From contig NC_068987.1 of assembly GCF_001194135.2 (NCBI RefSeq), forward strand, positions 4,788,387 through 4,852,386: a stretch of 64,000 bases of DNA, written 5' to 3'. Position numbers and translations under genes: made by a program. The DNA is from Octopus bimaculoides (taxonomy: Eukaryota). The notes under the pieces are model-generated. The model did no database searches. It saw nothing but the letters and a program-made list of their open reading frames with translations, and had not been told where the DNA came from. Of the stretch, positions 62,041-64,000 are shown piece by piece (within the stretch, counting starts at the first letter, position 1; each line of letters begins with the position of its first letter).

Positions 62041-62749
62041 GCATTGTGAATGAGGTAAATATAATTGGTTTCATCTGGGGATCGAAACCACGCAACGTAT
62101 TTGACTGGCCAGGAATTTAACCACTTACTCTAGAACACTTAGTACGACATTCCATCCATATATTGGTTATATATGGCATTCCTGTTTAACATAATTTATG
62201 ATGTCTTTGTGTCTCAAACTAAAACTAATTGTAATACGAAAGATCCTGTGACACAAAGTGTTTTCCTTTTTAAGAGAATAATAACATCCTTTAAGGGAGA
62301 AGAAGAAAAAATTGTCTTTTAATATTCTGTCGCTTTCAAAGTACAAATTGATAACTACTAAAGCATAAAGTATTTCTCGGCTTCAAAAGGCCAACTTAAT
62401 TAAGCATAACAAAAATTTGGTCACGCCTGAATTGAGAACCAAAGGAGCCAGACAGATGACACGTGTTTAGGTAACGAGGAGGATTCGTCAGCCTTCCCTT
62501 ACTGAAAGCCATTTTCAATGGCTCACATCTCACTTTGTGCGTCTTTGTTTTGATATTATCAGTTGTTGCTTTTCTTTCTCCTCCTTCATCTTTTTCCTTC
62601 ATTATTGTTTTGCTTGGCCACAACGACACAAATCTAGATTTGACATCTACACAATTACTCGAGAGCGACGTTAAATGGTCTCAACCGGATGTCGAAACTG
62701 GTTTTACAGATTCAGGTCGTTCTCCGGTTCTGCTATTAGAACACACATC

Positions 62750-62968
62750 AAGGCGGTCAGCTGGCAGAATCGTTAGCACACCGGACAAAATGGTTAGCAG
62801 GGATTTTCTCTCGCCTTAACGACCTGAATTCGAATTCCGCCAAGGGTCAACTTTGCCTTTCATCCTTTCAAGGTCCATACAATAAATACCAGTTGAGTAC
62901 AGAGGTCCAGGTAATCAACTTACCCCCTCCTCAAAGTTTCTGGCCTTGTATCAAAATCTAAAACCATT
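62750..62968 (+). mobile_element. SINE family B, full length
   Basis: AAGGCGGTCAGCTGGCAGAATCGTTAGCACACCGG...CTTTGCCTTTCATCCTTTC...AAAACCATTATT. Confidence 0.85.
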
Positions 62969-63261
62969 ATTAAAACATATTCTATTTTGGAGGAACCTGG
63001 TTTCCATGATGTCACGTCCTAAAGCTTTTACAATATTCATAGAATCGCAGTCATGATGTCGGTATCTTGACACCCGGCGTGAATCATCATGATGCAGGTA
63101 GCTTTTTACCAATATTCAGATGGTTTGCGGTCCTCCGTGTCAGCTAATTTTTTCTCTACTACAACTTAAATCTTTATGCTCTCCAACGCCGTTGACTGTT
63201 CACCAGTCAACGGCATCGAGTTGTCCGAGAACTGGAAACATTAATGTCTCAGTAATTTCTT

Positions 63262-63468
63262 TTCTTTCTACTCTAGGCACAAGGCCGGAAATTTTGGGGG
63301 AGGGGAGGCCAGTCGATTAGATCGACTCCAGTACGCAACTGGTACTTAATTTATCGAACCCGAAAGGATGAAAGGCGAAGTCGACCTCGGCAGAACGTAA
63401 AGACAAACGAAATACCGCTAAGCATTTCGCTCGACGTGCTAACGTTTCTGCCAGCTCGCTGCCTTATT
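63262..63468 (-). mobile_element. SINE family B, near full length
   Basis: TTTCTACTCTAGGCACAAGG...GTGCTAACGTTTCTGCCAGCTCGCTGCCTT. Confidence 0.88.
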
Positions 63469-63760
63469 AATTGCCTCATTAATGAAACATTAATGATGAT
63501 GATGATGACATCGACGAGGAGGAGGAGAAGGAATGAGGAGGGGCAAAGAGGAGGAAGTGGAGAAGGGAGTTGTGATGGTGGTGGTGGATTGGGGTGTATG
63601 TGGCGAATACAGTTGAGCAAAGATAATTTCTCTATCTTGGCAATTCGGTGCTTGGAAATATAATATGAAACATAATCATTTCTTCTTGGCAGAAAATAAC
63701 GTCACTAGATTTGTACCACGAGCGTTAATGATTGAATGCACATAATTACAAATATACCGT

Positions 63761-63807
<47 letters not shown>

Positions 63808-64000
63808 GTTATACTAATTAAGTGACACCTGACAATAATTCTTATAAACAAATTTCCAATTGGCAAACCAGTCTAAACGGAAATAAGGGAAATTTTTTTA
63901 ATAAAAAGCATGCGCTACTAAGTTAATTAGCGGAGAAATTGATTAAGCTACTCAAATGATACATACAATCTGACACATGATATATATATATATATATATA

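Overview
Eukaryotic, AT-rich, repeat-saturated genomic DNA from a gapped short-read-type assembly (about 14 N-gaps; largest 9181-9849, 18065-18551, 54092-55025). The SINE families and extreme microsatellite load look like an octopus (coleoid cephalopod) genome; this is inference from pattern recognition, not a database hit. No intact host gene, rRNA, tRNA or CRISPR array can be supported. Most ORFs in the supplied track are microsatellite or N-gap artefacts. What is supportable: (1) about 45 copies or fragments of at least four tRNA-derived SINE families, labelled A, B, C and D here. (2) Decayed non-LTR retrotransposons: R4/Dong-like RLE elements, RTE elements and a Penelope-like element with GIY-YIG endonuclease. 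(3) DNA transposon relics: Tc1/mariner, Tigger-type MITEs, hAT MITEs and a Helentron-type HINE. (4) One or two LTR-like segments. (5) A few weak candidate minus-strand exons. The most notable signals are two RLE lineages tied to different microsatellites ((TAA)n versus (TACA)n), a putative minimal hammerhead ribozyme, a tandem RFX/NRF1/NF-Y motif cassette, and several nested insertions with readable target-site duplications (TSDs). Most repeat boundaries are approximate (+/-20 bp) unless a terminal inverted repeat (TIR) or TSD is quoted.
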